A DNA stretch of 5,354 nt from a virus. Lineage: Duplodnaviria > Heunggongvirae > Uroviricota > Caudoviricetes. The notes below the pieces were generated by a model. The model did not search any database. It was not told the DNA's origin and saw nothing but the letters and a program-made list of their open reading frames with translations. The position numbers and the translations under genes were made by a program. Positions 1-5,354 of the stretch are shown piece after piece (the first letter of the stretch is position 1; each line of letters opens with the position of its first letter). The stretch lies in the IMG/VR virus record IMGVR_UViG_2740892006_000002. One strand, 5' to 3'.

Positions 1-807
1 ATGGGTTCATGTGCAGCTCCATCAGCAAAAAGGGATGATAAGTTTATCACCACCGACTATTTGCAACAGTGCCCGTTTGCCTTAGGGAAAACAGGAAGCA
101 CCGTTGCGAATGATAAAGCAGTTGGATGGAACTGGAGTAGCGGAGCCTATAACGCAACTATTAGTGGTGCATCAACGTTAATTATTCATTTTTATATGGG
201 AGAAGGAAGTTGTCCTGCAGCTCAGTTTCGGATTAATTATAAAAATGGCGGTATTTTTTATCGTTCAGCCCGTGATGGTTATGGTTTTGAAGCCGACTGG
301 TCCGAATTTTACACCACCACCAGAAAACCTTCAGCAGGAGATGTTGGTGCACTGCCGTTATCTGGTGGTCAACTGAATGGTGCACTGGGTATCGGAACAT
401 CCAGTGCTCTTGGCGGTAATTCGATTGTATTGGGTGATAATGACACGGGCTTTAAACAAAATGGCGATGGTAATCTGGATGTTTATGCTAATAACGTCCA
501 TGTTATGCGCTTTGTCTCCGGAAGCATTCAAAGTAATAAAACCATAAATATTACAGGGCGTGTTAACCCCTCGGATTACGGTAACTTTGATTCCCGTTAT
601 GTGAAAGATGTTCGACTTGGTTCACAGCAATATTATGGAGTGAACAACTGGCGAACATGGAATTTCCAGTGCCCTTCAGGTCATGTATTGTCTGGTATTA
701 ATGTTCAGGATACAGGGTCTAACTCTGCCGATAATATAGCGGGTGTTTATTACAGACCCGTTCAAAAGTATATAAATGGCACCTGGTATAATGTAGCGAG
801 CGTTTAA
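1..807 (+). CDS. Phage tail fiber protein, C-terminal variable portion (5'-partial; ORF open to the window edge)
   Basis: Frame is open from position 1 to TAA at 805-807. Gly/Asn/Ser-rich composition typical of fiber tips. Shares the motif ALGGNSI(V/T)LGDNDTG(F/I)KQxGDG and the C-terminal tip motif QKYI(N/S)G(T/N)WYNV with the minus-strand fiber ORF. Its stop overlaps the start of the downstream tfa (TAAtATG), as in stf-tfa operons. Confidence 0.85.
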   Translation: MGSCAAPSAKRDDKFITTDYLQQCPFALGKTGSTVANDKAVGWNWSSGAYNATISGASTLIIHFYMGEGSCPAAQFRINYKNGGIFYRSARDGYGFEADWSEFYTTTRKPSAGDVGALPLSGGQLNGALGIGTSSALGGNSIVLGDNDTGFKQNGDGNLDVYANNVHVMRFVSGSIQSNKTINITGRVNPSDYGNFDSRYVKDVRLGSQQYYGVNNWRTWNFQCPSGHVLSGINVQDTGSNSADNIAGVYYRPVQKYINGTWYNVASV

Positions 808-808
808 T

Positions 809-1342
809 ATGATGCACTTAAAGAACATAAAAGCGGGTAATGCTAAAACACTGGAACAGTATGAGTTAACAAAGAAACACGGAGTTATCTGGCTTTACTC
901 TGAGGACGGAAAAAACTGGTATGAGGAAGTGAAAAACTTTCAGCCAGACACCATAAAGATTGTTTACGATGAAAATAATATTATTGTTGCCATAACCAAA
1001 GATGCCTCCACACTTAACCCTGAAGGTTATAGCGTCGTTGAGATTCCTGATATTACCGCCAACCGGCGTGCTGACGACTCAGGTAAATGGATGTTTAAAG
1101 ATGGCGCAGTCATTAAACGTGTATATACCGAAGAAGAGTTGCGCCTACAGACGGAAAACCAGAAAAAAATATTATTACAGCAGGCCAGAGAAAAAACGCA
1201 GTTCTGGCAAACACAGCTTACTTTGGGGATTATCACTGATTCAGACAGACAGCAACTGATGAACTGGATGCGATACGTGCAACAGGTTGAGACAACTGAT
1301 ACCTCGGTTCTTCCTGTAACATTCCCGGAACCACCAGAATAA
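809..1342 (+). CDS. tfa: Tail fiber assembly protein (Tfa family chaperone)
   Basis: 177 aa starting [11 protein letters not shown]...[23 protein letters not shown]...ITANRRAD, which is the conserved N-terminal half of enterobacterial Tfa proteins. Start codon lies 1 nt after the fiber stop. The N-terminal ~95 residues are highly similar to the minus-strand paralog at 1373-1900, and the C-terminus diverges. Confidence 0.9.
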   Translation: MMHLKNIKAGNAKTLEQYELTKKHGVIWLYSEDGKNWYEEVKNFQPDTIKIVYDENNIIVAITKDASTLNPEGYSVVEIPDITANRRADDSGKWMFKDGAVIKRVYTEEELRLQTENQKKILLQQAREKTQFWQTQLTLGIITDSDRQQLMNWMRYVQQVETTDTSVLPVTFPEPPE

Positions 1343-1343
1343 G

Positions 1344-1368
1344 AAAAGGCCCGTACGGGCCTTAATTT
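1344..1368. terminator. Candidate bidirectional hairpin between the convergent tfa genes
   Basis: AAGGCCC-GTAC-GGGCCTT (7-bp GC-rich stem 1346-1352 / 1357-1363, 4-nt loop) lies between the tfa stop (1340-1342) and the tfa' stop (1373-1375). Flanking T/A runs are short, so efficiency is uncertain. Confidence 0.45.
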
Positions 1369-1372
1369 GTTG

Positions 1373-1900
1373 TTATTCTGGTTTCTGTGGCCATTCAGGC
1401 TTTGCAGTATCCACATGGCTGACCATAACGCTGTAGCGTTCCCATGATTCCAGTCGTGTGCGTTCCTCATCAGTTGCCATATTCAGTCTGACAGCACGTT
1501 CCAGCGGTTGAATCACAGACTCCGCTTCGGAAAGCAAAGCGGCTTTTTGTAACTCTGCCTGCTGTTGCAGTTCCTGTTTTGTATATTCCCGCTTTACTAC
1601 TTTACCATCCAGAAACTTCCAGTTTCCCGAGATATCGGCGCGACGGTTGGCTGTTATATTCGGTAACTCAACAACACTTAACCCGTCAGGGTTAAGTGTT
1701 GATACGTCTTTCTCAATACAACGAATAATCCCCTTCTGGTCATAAGCTATTTTTAAAGTATCATCCTGAAAGTTTTTTAATTCGTCATACCAGTTTTTAC
1801 CGTCTTCTGTATATAGCCAGATAACGCCAGCTTTTTTCGTAAGCTGATACTGCTCAATGGTTTTGGGGTTTCCGGCGGTAATATTTTTCAGATGTTGCAT
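1373..1900 (-). CDS. tfa: Tail fiber assembly protein, alternative cassette (Tfa')
   Basis: 175 aa starting [36 protein letters not shown]...ITANRRAD. An AGGAGA Shine-Dalgarno sits about 7 nt upstream of the ATG (reverse complement of 1904-1909). The C-terminal tail ...[15 protein letters not shown]...PEWP resembles the lambda-Tfa-type C-terminus seen again at 4116-4385. Confidence 0.9.
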   Translation of the reverse strand: MQHLKNITAGNPKTIEQYQLTKKAGVIWLYTEDGKNWYDELKNFQDDTLKIAYDQKGIIRCIEKDVSTLNPDGLSVVELPNITANRRADISGNWKFLDGKVVKREYTKQELQQQAELQKAALLSEAESVIQPLERAVRLNMATDEERTRLESWERYSVMVSHVDTAKPEWPQKPE

Positions 1901-1915
1901 ATATTCTCCTGATGG

Positions 1916-2884
1916 CTATGCCTGTTCAACGTTATACCAGTTACCAGAAATGTATTTTTGTAGTGGTCGTGACACCATCCAGTCATCTCCATCAACCTCA
2001 CCAATAATTTGCAATCCTGTTGTCACATGACCATTACCTGGTTCGCAAAGTCCTCCGCGATATAATGTGTCAGAACGTCTGCCTCCCAGACGCACATTTC
2101 TGATAAAAGAACTATTCAGGTAATCATTTAAGTTTGACCCCCAGCACCCACCAAATATATTTCCATCGGTGTTATAACGGACGCCACCCGCAATAAGAGC
2201 ACCCGGTGAAATAAAGGATTTATCGTTCGGGTTAAACTGCCATAAAGCATCATTACCGCCATCGCCACGCATATGAATACATGGAACCGGAAATCCATAC
2301 TGTTCTGTCAGTAAATACCCAAAGCTGACCGCGCCGGGATAGCCCTGTCCATTGCGAATGGACAAGCCCTTAACTATCGGCACGTAAAGACCACCAGGAG
2401 TGGGATTCCAGGCAAACTGCGTCTGAACAAAAGGCGCGGTGGCATTATTCAACTGGTCTGCAAATGCGCCACTTCCATCAGGAATTATTCCCTGATGAAT
2501 ATATGCAACCCGCTTATAAAAATCAGCAGATGCGGGTTGAAGCCCAAATGCCAGTTGTCCATTTGAATAGAATAAAAGGACACCGTCGCCGCCCTGTTTA
2601 ATACCAGTGTCGTTATCTCCGAGAGTAATGGAATTACCGCCCAGTGCGTTATCTGTACCAAGCGCCAGCCCACCATCAATTTTGGCCCCGTGGCTGACAG
2701 ATATAGCACCTGTTCTCAGATTTATAGCGAATGGCCTTAATGGGCCGATATCACCGTTTTCGCCTTGTCCTTCAGCCGTCGGAATGAAATGAAGAAAATC
2801 TTCTGAACGACGGAAAATAAGACCGAAGGCATCATTGAAAATTCGCAGCGCATTCACCGTGCCAATTTTCAGTTCTCCGGTCAT
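1916..2884 (-). CDS. Alternative tail fiber variable segment (Sv'-like cassette); frame stays open upstream to about 2947 through the crossover site
   Basis: 322-aa ORF with the same glycine-rich motif (ALGGNSITLGDNDTGIKQGGDG) and C-terminal QKYISGNWYNV tip as the + strand fiber. It is followed 16 nt downstream by tfa' with its own SD. My translation upstream of the first ATG stays in frame (…NLGLQETVNKAGNAVQRSGDK-MTGELKIG) across 2930-2955, as expected for a promoterless cassette that becomes fused to a constant fiber part after inversion. Confidence 0.85.
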   Translation of the reverse strand: MTGELKIGTVNALRIFNDAFGLIFRRSEDFLHFIPTAEGQGENGDIGPLRPFAINLRTGAISVSHGAKIDGGLALGTDNALGGNSITLGDNDTGIKQGGDGVLLFYSNGQLAFGLQPASADFYKRVAYIHQGIIPDGSGAFADQLNNATAPFVQTQFAWNPTPGGLYVPIVKGLSIRNGQGYPGAVSFGYLLTEQYGFPVPCIHMRGDGGNDALWQFNPNDKSFISPGALIAGGVRYNTDGNIFGGCWGSNLNDYLNSSFIRNVRLGGRRSDTLYRGGLCEPGNGHVTTGLQIIGEVDGDDWMVSRPLQKYISGNWYNVEQA

Positions 2885-2929
2885 TTTATCGCCGGAACGC
2901 TGAACGGCGTTACCAGCCTTGTTTACCGT

Positions 2930-2955
2930 TTCCTGTAAACCGAGGTTTTAGATAA
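2930..2955. other. Gin/Pin/Cin/Hin-type inversion crossover site (pix/gix-like), right end of the invertible segment
   Basis: TTCCTGTAAACC-GA-GGTTTTAGATAA: 26 bp made of two imperfect 12-bp inverted half-sites around a central GA, closely matching the recalled gix/cix/pix consensus. It lies between the 5' end of the silent fiber cassette and the invertase start (3010), which is the canonical position. Confidence 0.7.
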
Positions 2956-3009
2956 TGGCGGTTTCTGGCCTGCATGGCATGATTTGTGCTTTTGGACGGG
3001 AGATTCAGC

Positions 3010-3252
3010 GTGCTGATTGGCTATGTAAGGGTATCAACAAATGACCAGAATACAGATCTGCAACGAAACGCTCTTGTTTGTGCAGGATATGAACAAATAT
3101 TTGAAGATAAATTAAGCGGAACAAGGACAGGCCGACCTGGATTAAAACGTGCTTTAAAGCGCCTTCAAAAAGGTGACGCACTGGTTGTCTGAAAACTGGA
3201 CTGACTGGTTCACTGTATGCGGCATCTTGTCGTGCTGGTGGTGGAAGCCTAG
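3010..3252 (+). pseudogene. pin: Serine DNA invertase (Pin/Gin/Hin family), truncated and decayed
   Basis: GTG start at 3010 with GGGAGA SD 6 nt upstream. The first 60 codons (VLIGYVRVSTNDQNTDLQRNALVCAGYEQIFEDKLSGTRTGRPGLKRALKRLQKGDALVV) match the invertase N-terminus, including the catalytic Ser in YVRVSTNDQ. TGA at 3190-3192 replaces the expected Trp of VVWKLDRLGRS, followed by in-frame stops at 3202-3204 and 3250-3252 and several substitutions (*KLD*LVHCMRHLVVLVVEA*). The whole C-terminal catalytic/HTH portion is missing; the frame runs into a tfa 3' end. Confidence 0.85.
3025..3100. promoter_or_regulatory. Candidate Fis-dependent recombinational enhancer retained inside the invertase 5' remnant
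   Basis: In Hin/Gin/Cin systems the enhancer lies within the first ~100 bp of the invertase coding sequence with two Fis sites roughly 48 bp apart. Two G-N13-C 15-mers with AT-rich centres occur here at 3031-3045 (GTATCAACAAATGAC) and 3080-3094 (GTGCAGGATATGAAC), centres 49 bp apart. Assigned by eye only. Confidence 0.3.
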
Positions 3253-3385
3253 AAAAAGTATCGGGTGTTACTGAACCGTGTTGATACATCAACTGCACCT
3301 GATATTGAGTGGCCTACGAACCCTGTCAGGGAGTAATCATTGGGATTATGCCGCAGCACGTCTTAAGCAAGAACGTGCTGCGGTT
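3244..3385 (+). repeat. Direct repeat copy A (tfa 3' end plus hairpin), fused in frame to the invertase remnant
   Basis: About 140 bp, roughly 90% identical to 4293-4436 at a constant 1049-bp offset. Encodes [29 protein letters not shown] (stop 3334-3336), then a perfect 11-bp-stem hairpin CCGCAGCACGT-(11 nt)-ACGTGCTGCGG at 3351-3383. Confidence 0.8.
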
Positions 3386-3399
3386 GGATGCTATTTTTT
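3351..3399 (+). terminator. Hairpin plus T-run downstream of the tfa-like 3' end (candidate intrinsic terminator)
   Basis: Perfect 11-bp stem at 3351-3361 / 3373-3383, then TTTTTT at 3394-3399. The T-run is about 10 nt from the stem and also encodes the last Lys codons of the minus-strand methyltransferase, so terminator function is uncertain. Confidence 0.3.
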
Positions 3400-4059
3400 C
3401 CCTGAAGCGGAAAACATTACTACAGTACCTTGAACCTTGGTTTTAACATTCTCGAAATGCTCTGAGAGTATATGTGTTAAGCCTTCTTCGGAATCTTTTG
3501 TGTTTGAAAAGATGCCTTTCTGATTGTAAATGCGCATCAGTTTTTGACCGAAGCTATTGTGCACAACGCCGTCACCAAGAATTGTGGCTCCGTATAGAGT
3601 TCCATCGTCAGTTAAGGCCTGCGCCGCATTGCGTATTACACAGCTTTTTGTAGATATATTTCCAGGCAGGCAGTGAAGAAGGTAAAACATGGAAATGGAA
3701 TCAAATTGACCATGTAACGCCGCGGGATAAGGTTCAAAAACATCATGGCTAATTTTATGTTTAATTTTTGATTCCCCAGCCCTTGTAGATGCCGCGTTCA
3801 GGCTAGCTTCGTTCAAATCCATTAAAGATATCAGACTACTCTCAGGTACGTGAGTAAGGTAAAACCCAGTTCCAACACCAATATCCAGATGGTTGTTACC
3901 TACATGTTCCAGAAAGTGTGGAAGAAGGTGTTCCTTTGTAGGACATCCCCATGCAAGCCGATTTGATACTCCCAAAACCCACCAGTCATAAAGCTTTAGG
4001 GTAAGTGGTGTGTAAATTTTAGCCCCATCATCTGTGTTTTTTTTCATTGATTTCACCAT
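3391..4059 (-). CDS. Class I SAM-dependent methyltransferase (prophage moron)
   Basis: 222-aa ORF with a Rossmann-fold motif I, HLDIGVGTGFY, followed by an acidic residue after the next strand (LISLMDLNE) and a later FDSISMFYLLHCLP segment. No DPPY/NPPY-type amino-MTase motif. An alternative start at the second ATG (4047-4045; MKKNTDD...) is preceded by a GGTGA SD-like sequence. Confidence 0.85.
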   Translation of the reverse strand: MVKSMKKNTDDGAKIYTPLTLKLYDWWVLGVSNRLAWGCPTKEHLLPHFLEHVGNNHLDIGVGTGFYLTHVPESSLISLMDLNEASLNAASTRAGESKIKHKISHDVFEPYPAALHGQFDSISMFYLLHCLPGNISTKSCVIRNAAQALTDDGTLYGATILGDGVVHNSFGQKLMRIYNQKGIFSNTKDSEEGLTHILSEHFENVKTKVQGTVVMFSASGKK

Positions 4060-4088
4060 GTTATAGTTTTATTTGTGAATTAAATCAA
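4060..4088 (-). promoter_or_regulatory. Candidate sigma70 promoter for the methyltransferase
   Basis: On the minus strand: TTGATT (4088-4083), a 17-nt spacer, then TATAAC (4065-4060). The -10 abuts the first ATG (4059-4057), which would imply transcription starting at or after that codon and translation from the second ATG. Judged by eye, weak. Confidence 0.25.
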
Positions 4089-4115
4089 TTATGGCGATGA
4101 ATTACAAGGGGTTAA

Positions 4116-4385
4116 ATGCTGCCGCAGCATAGCGATATTGAAATAGCCTGGTATGCTTCGATACAGCAGGAGCCGAATGGCTGGAAGACCGTCACCACAC
4201 AGTTCTACATCCAGGAATTCAGTGAGTATATTGCGCCACTGCAGGATGCTGTAGATCTGGAAATCGCAACGGAGGAAGAAAGATCGTTGCTGGAGGCATG
4301 GAATAAATATCGGGTATTGTTGAATCGTGTTGATACATCAACTGCACCTGATATTGAGTGGCCTGCAAATCCTGTCAGGGAGTAA
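4116..4385 (+). pseudogene. tfa: Tail fiber assembly protein, C-terminal fragment (lambda Tfa-like), N-terminal half missing
   Basis: The 89-aa ORF ends ...[54 protein letters not shown], closely resembling the C-terminus of lambda Tfa as I recall it. There is no conserved Tfa N-terminal region; an AAGGGG SD sits about 5 nt upstream of the ATG at 4116. The 3' part is repeat copy B. Confidence 0.7.
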
Positions 4386-4436
4386 TCATTGGGATTATGC
4401 CGCAGACACGTCGTATGCAGGAACGTGCTGCGGTTA
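4293..4436 (+). repeat. Direct repeat copy B (tfa 3' end plus hairpin)
   Basis: Matches 3244-3385 at a +1049 offset (+1050 after a 1-nt insertion in the hairpin arm). The W codon TGG at 4299-4301 corresponds to TAG at 3250-3252 in copy A. The hairpin here is imperfect (CCGCAGACACGT...ACGTGCTGCGG). Confidence 0.8.
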
Positions 4437-4499
4437 GTTTGTGAGCTTTCGATAGTGGTTGTTATTTTTGCCCTTATTTGTTCCGGAGGCCATGGTTCA

Positions 4500-4670
4500 A
4501 TGGTCCGTCTGCCCCCTGTGGTGATGTCAGCAAAATCAGCCACTGCGCGAACCACAATAGCCCGGGAAGATGCTGAAGATCACCAGGTAAAGCTGTCAGC
4601 GCAGAAACTGGAAGAACTGCTCGCATCAATGGTTAAGGATGAGGTTGATCGCAATGATGGGATTTATTGA
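4500..4670 (+). CDS. Hypothetical small protein (56 aa); uncertain
   Basis: In-frame ATG at 4500 with GGAGG (4485-4489) about 10 nt upstream, giving MVRLPPVVMSAKSATARTTIAREDAEDHQVKLSAQKLEELLASMVKDEVDRNDGIY. The ORF-track start at 4389 lies inside repeat B and is unlikely. No family recognised. Confidence 0.25.
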   Translation: MVRLPPVVMSAKSATARTTIAREDAEDHQVKLSAQKLEELLASMVKDEVDRNDGIY

Positions 4671-4765
4671 CGTCAGCGAGAGCAGAAGGAAGAACTGAAT
4701 AACCTGAATGATTTACGCTCAATCAGAGCGATGGCGATTAGCGGCAATCACGCTCGATAAAATTA

Positions 4766-4790
4766 ACCCCGGTGATCATCCGGGGTTTTG
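4766..4790. terminator. Bidirectional intrinsic terminator between the small + ORF and the convergent Rha-family gene
   Basis: ACCCCGG-TGATCAT-CCGGGGT stem-loop (4766-4786) followed by TTTT on the + strand, and by a T-rich stretch (TTAATTTTAT) on the minus strand. It lies just downstream of the minus-strand stop at 4797-4799. Confidence 0.6.
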
Positions 4791-4796
4791 CATTCA

Positions 4797-5354
4797 TTAA
4801 AACCGCATCAACCTTTCCACCAATTGTTCTTTACGGGCAACGATCCACCCATGTTGCTCCAGATAAAATTTAAACCGTTCCAGCGTGCATACCATCGCAT
4901 CGGCGGGGACTTTTTCTGTGAACTCGACCTGACCGTGTTTATCGAAGTGGATCAGTAATGCGCATCCATTATTTGGGGCGGGGGAGTTTTGTGCTGCAGG
5001 AGGACGTTTGTGGAGTTCTTCTTCCATTGCGTTAAATTTTTCAATGTAAGCTTCTTTTAGTCTGGCTGCTTTTTTGCCAGTAAATCCCATTACGAGGAAC
5101 ATGAAGCCGTCTTTTGTGATCAGGTAGCATCGTGATTCACGTTCTGCGCCGTTGCCAATTTCGACAGTCTGAACATCGGCCGAAAAGTTGGCTGATGTAA
5201 ATTCGGGAGAGCAGTCGAGTGTGTCAATCTTAGCTAAAACGTGTTTATGTTGTTTATCGAAGTAGTCGGCAACAGCTTGAGAGGTGGTAACCAGGCGACC
5301 ATCTTTGAAAAAGACTTTTGGTGACTCGTTAGAAAAAGTTATAGCTGTATTCAT
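4797..5354 (-). CDS. Rha-family phage regulatory protein (antirepressor-like N-terminal domain) with an uncharacterised C-terminal domain
   Basis: 185 aa; the N-terminal region (...VTTSQAVADYFDKQHKHVLAKIDTLDCSPEF...YLITKDGFMFLVMGFTGKKAARLKEAYIEKFNAMEE) matches the pRha-domain pattern as I recall it. The start codon is at the window edge (5352-5354), so upstream signals cannot be seen. Confidence 0.7.
   Translation of the reverse strand: MNTAITFSNESPKVFFKDGRLVTTSQAVADYFDKQHKHVLAKIDTLDCSPEFTSANFSADVQTVEIGNGAERESRCYLITKDGFMFLVMGFTGKKAARLKEAYIEKFNAMEEELHKRPPAAQNSPAPNNGCALLIHFDKHGQVEFTEKVPADAMVCTLERFKFYLEQHGWIVARKEQLVERLMRF

Noticed and set aside
1002-1470. ORFs 1002-1259 (+, 85 aa) and 1027-1470 (-, 147 aa) overlapping the tfa gene
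   Set aside because: They lie wholly within or antisense to the well-supported tfa CDS, have low-complexity composition and no SD. The minus ORF also spans the hairpin between the tfa genes. Typical shadow ORFs.
2485-2792. ORFs 2485-2709 (-) and 2607-2792 (+) inside the minus-strand fiber gene
   Set aside because: They are out-of-frame or antisense overlaps of a fiber CDS that has clear motif conservation with its paralog. No independent signals.
2986-3009. ORF-track start at GTG 2986 for the invertase (MLLDGRFS...)
   Set aside because: The invertase family N-terminus begins M-L-I-G-Y-V-R-V-S, and the GTG at 3010 has a GGGAGA SD at the right spacing. The extra 8 upstream codons are an artefact of taking the longest ORF.
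3005-3298. ORF 3005-3298 (-, 97 aa) antisense to the invertase remnant
   Set aside because: It overlaps recognisable invertase and tfa-derived coding sequence on the other strand, with no SD and no recognisable product.
3391-4059. The methyltransferase as the modification half of a restriction-modification system
   Set aside because: No DPPY/NPPY or cytosine-C5 motifs are visible, there is no adjacent nuclease or specificity gene, and at ~220 aa the architecture fits small-molecule, RNA or protein class I MTases better. It cannot be fully excluded without profile searches.
3244-4436. The direct repeats as IS or transposon ends, or target-site duplications
   Set aside because: The repeats are about 140 bp of coding-derived tfa sequence plus a hairpin, in direct orientation, with no transposase and no terminal inverted repeats. 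Homologous or illegitimate recombination between tfa genes explains them better.
4389-4499. The 5' part of ORF 4389-4670 (start inside repeat B)
   Set aside because: The start falls within the repeat-B hairpin and the translated segment is low complexity (cysteine/arginine/valine-rich). Only the part from ATG 4500 with a GGAGG SD is kept, at low confidence.
4205-4555. ORF 4205-4555 (-, 116 aa) antisense to the tfa fragment and repeat B
   Set aside because: It is antisense to sequence with clear Tfa homology and crosses the repeat and hairpin. Likely spurious.
1-5354. tRNA, rRNA, CRISPR arrays, integrase or att sites
   Set aside because: No cloverleaf-like or spacer-repeat periodicity was seen and no tyrosine integrase ORF is present. 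The only serine recombinase is the decayed invertase. The window appears internal to a prophage rather than at its boundary.

Overview
This window reads as the tail-fiber host-range module of an enterobacterial (E. coli-like) lambdoid/e14-like prophage. It holds two convergent tail-fiber/tail-fiber-assembly cassettes (stf-tfa on +, tfa'-stf' on -) of the kind found in Mu G / P1 C / e14 P invertible segments. A 26-bp Gin/Pin-type crossover site sits at 2930-2955, and the silent cassette's reading frame runs through it. The adjacent serine invertase gene keeps about 60 N-terminal codons and is then broken by three in-frame stops and fused to a tfa 3' end, so the switch looks locked in cis. Downstream, two ~140-bp direct repeats (a tfa 3' end plus hairpin) bracket a class I SAM-dependent methyltransferase on the opposite strand and a lambda-Tfa-like C-terminal fragment. 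A doubtful small ORF, a bidirectional terminator and a Rha-family regulator follow. No tRNA, rRNA, CRISPR array or IS element was seen. I do not see a clear novel multi-gene system; the best candidates for follow-up are the decayed invertase with a possibly retained enhancer and the repeat-bounded orphan methyltransferase cassette. All protein identifications rest on reading the supplied translations and recalled family motifs, not on database searches.
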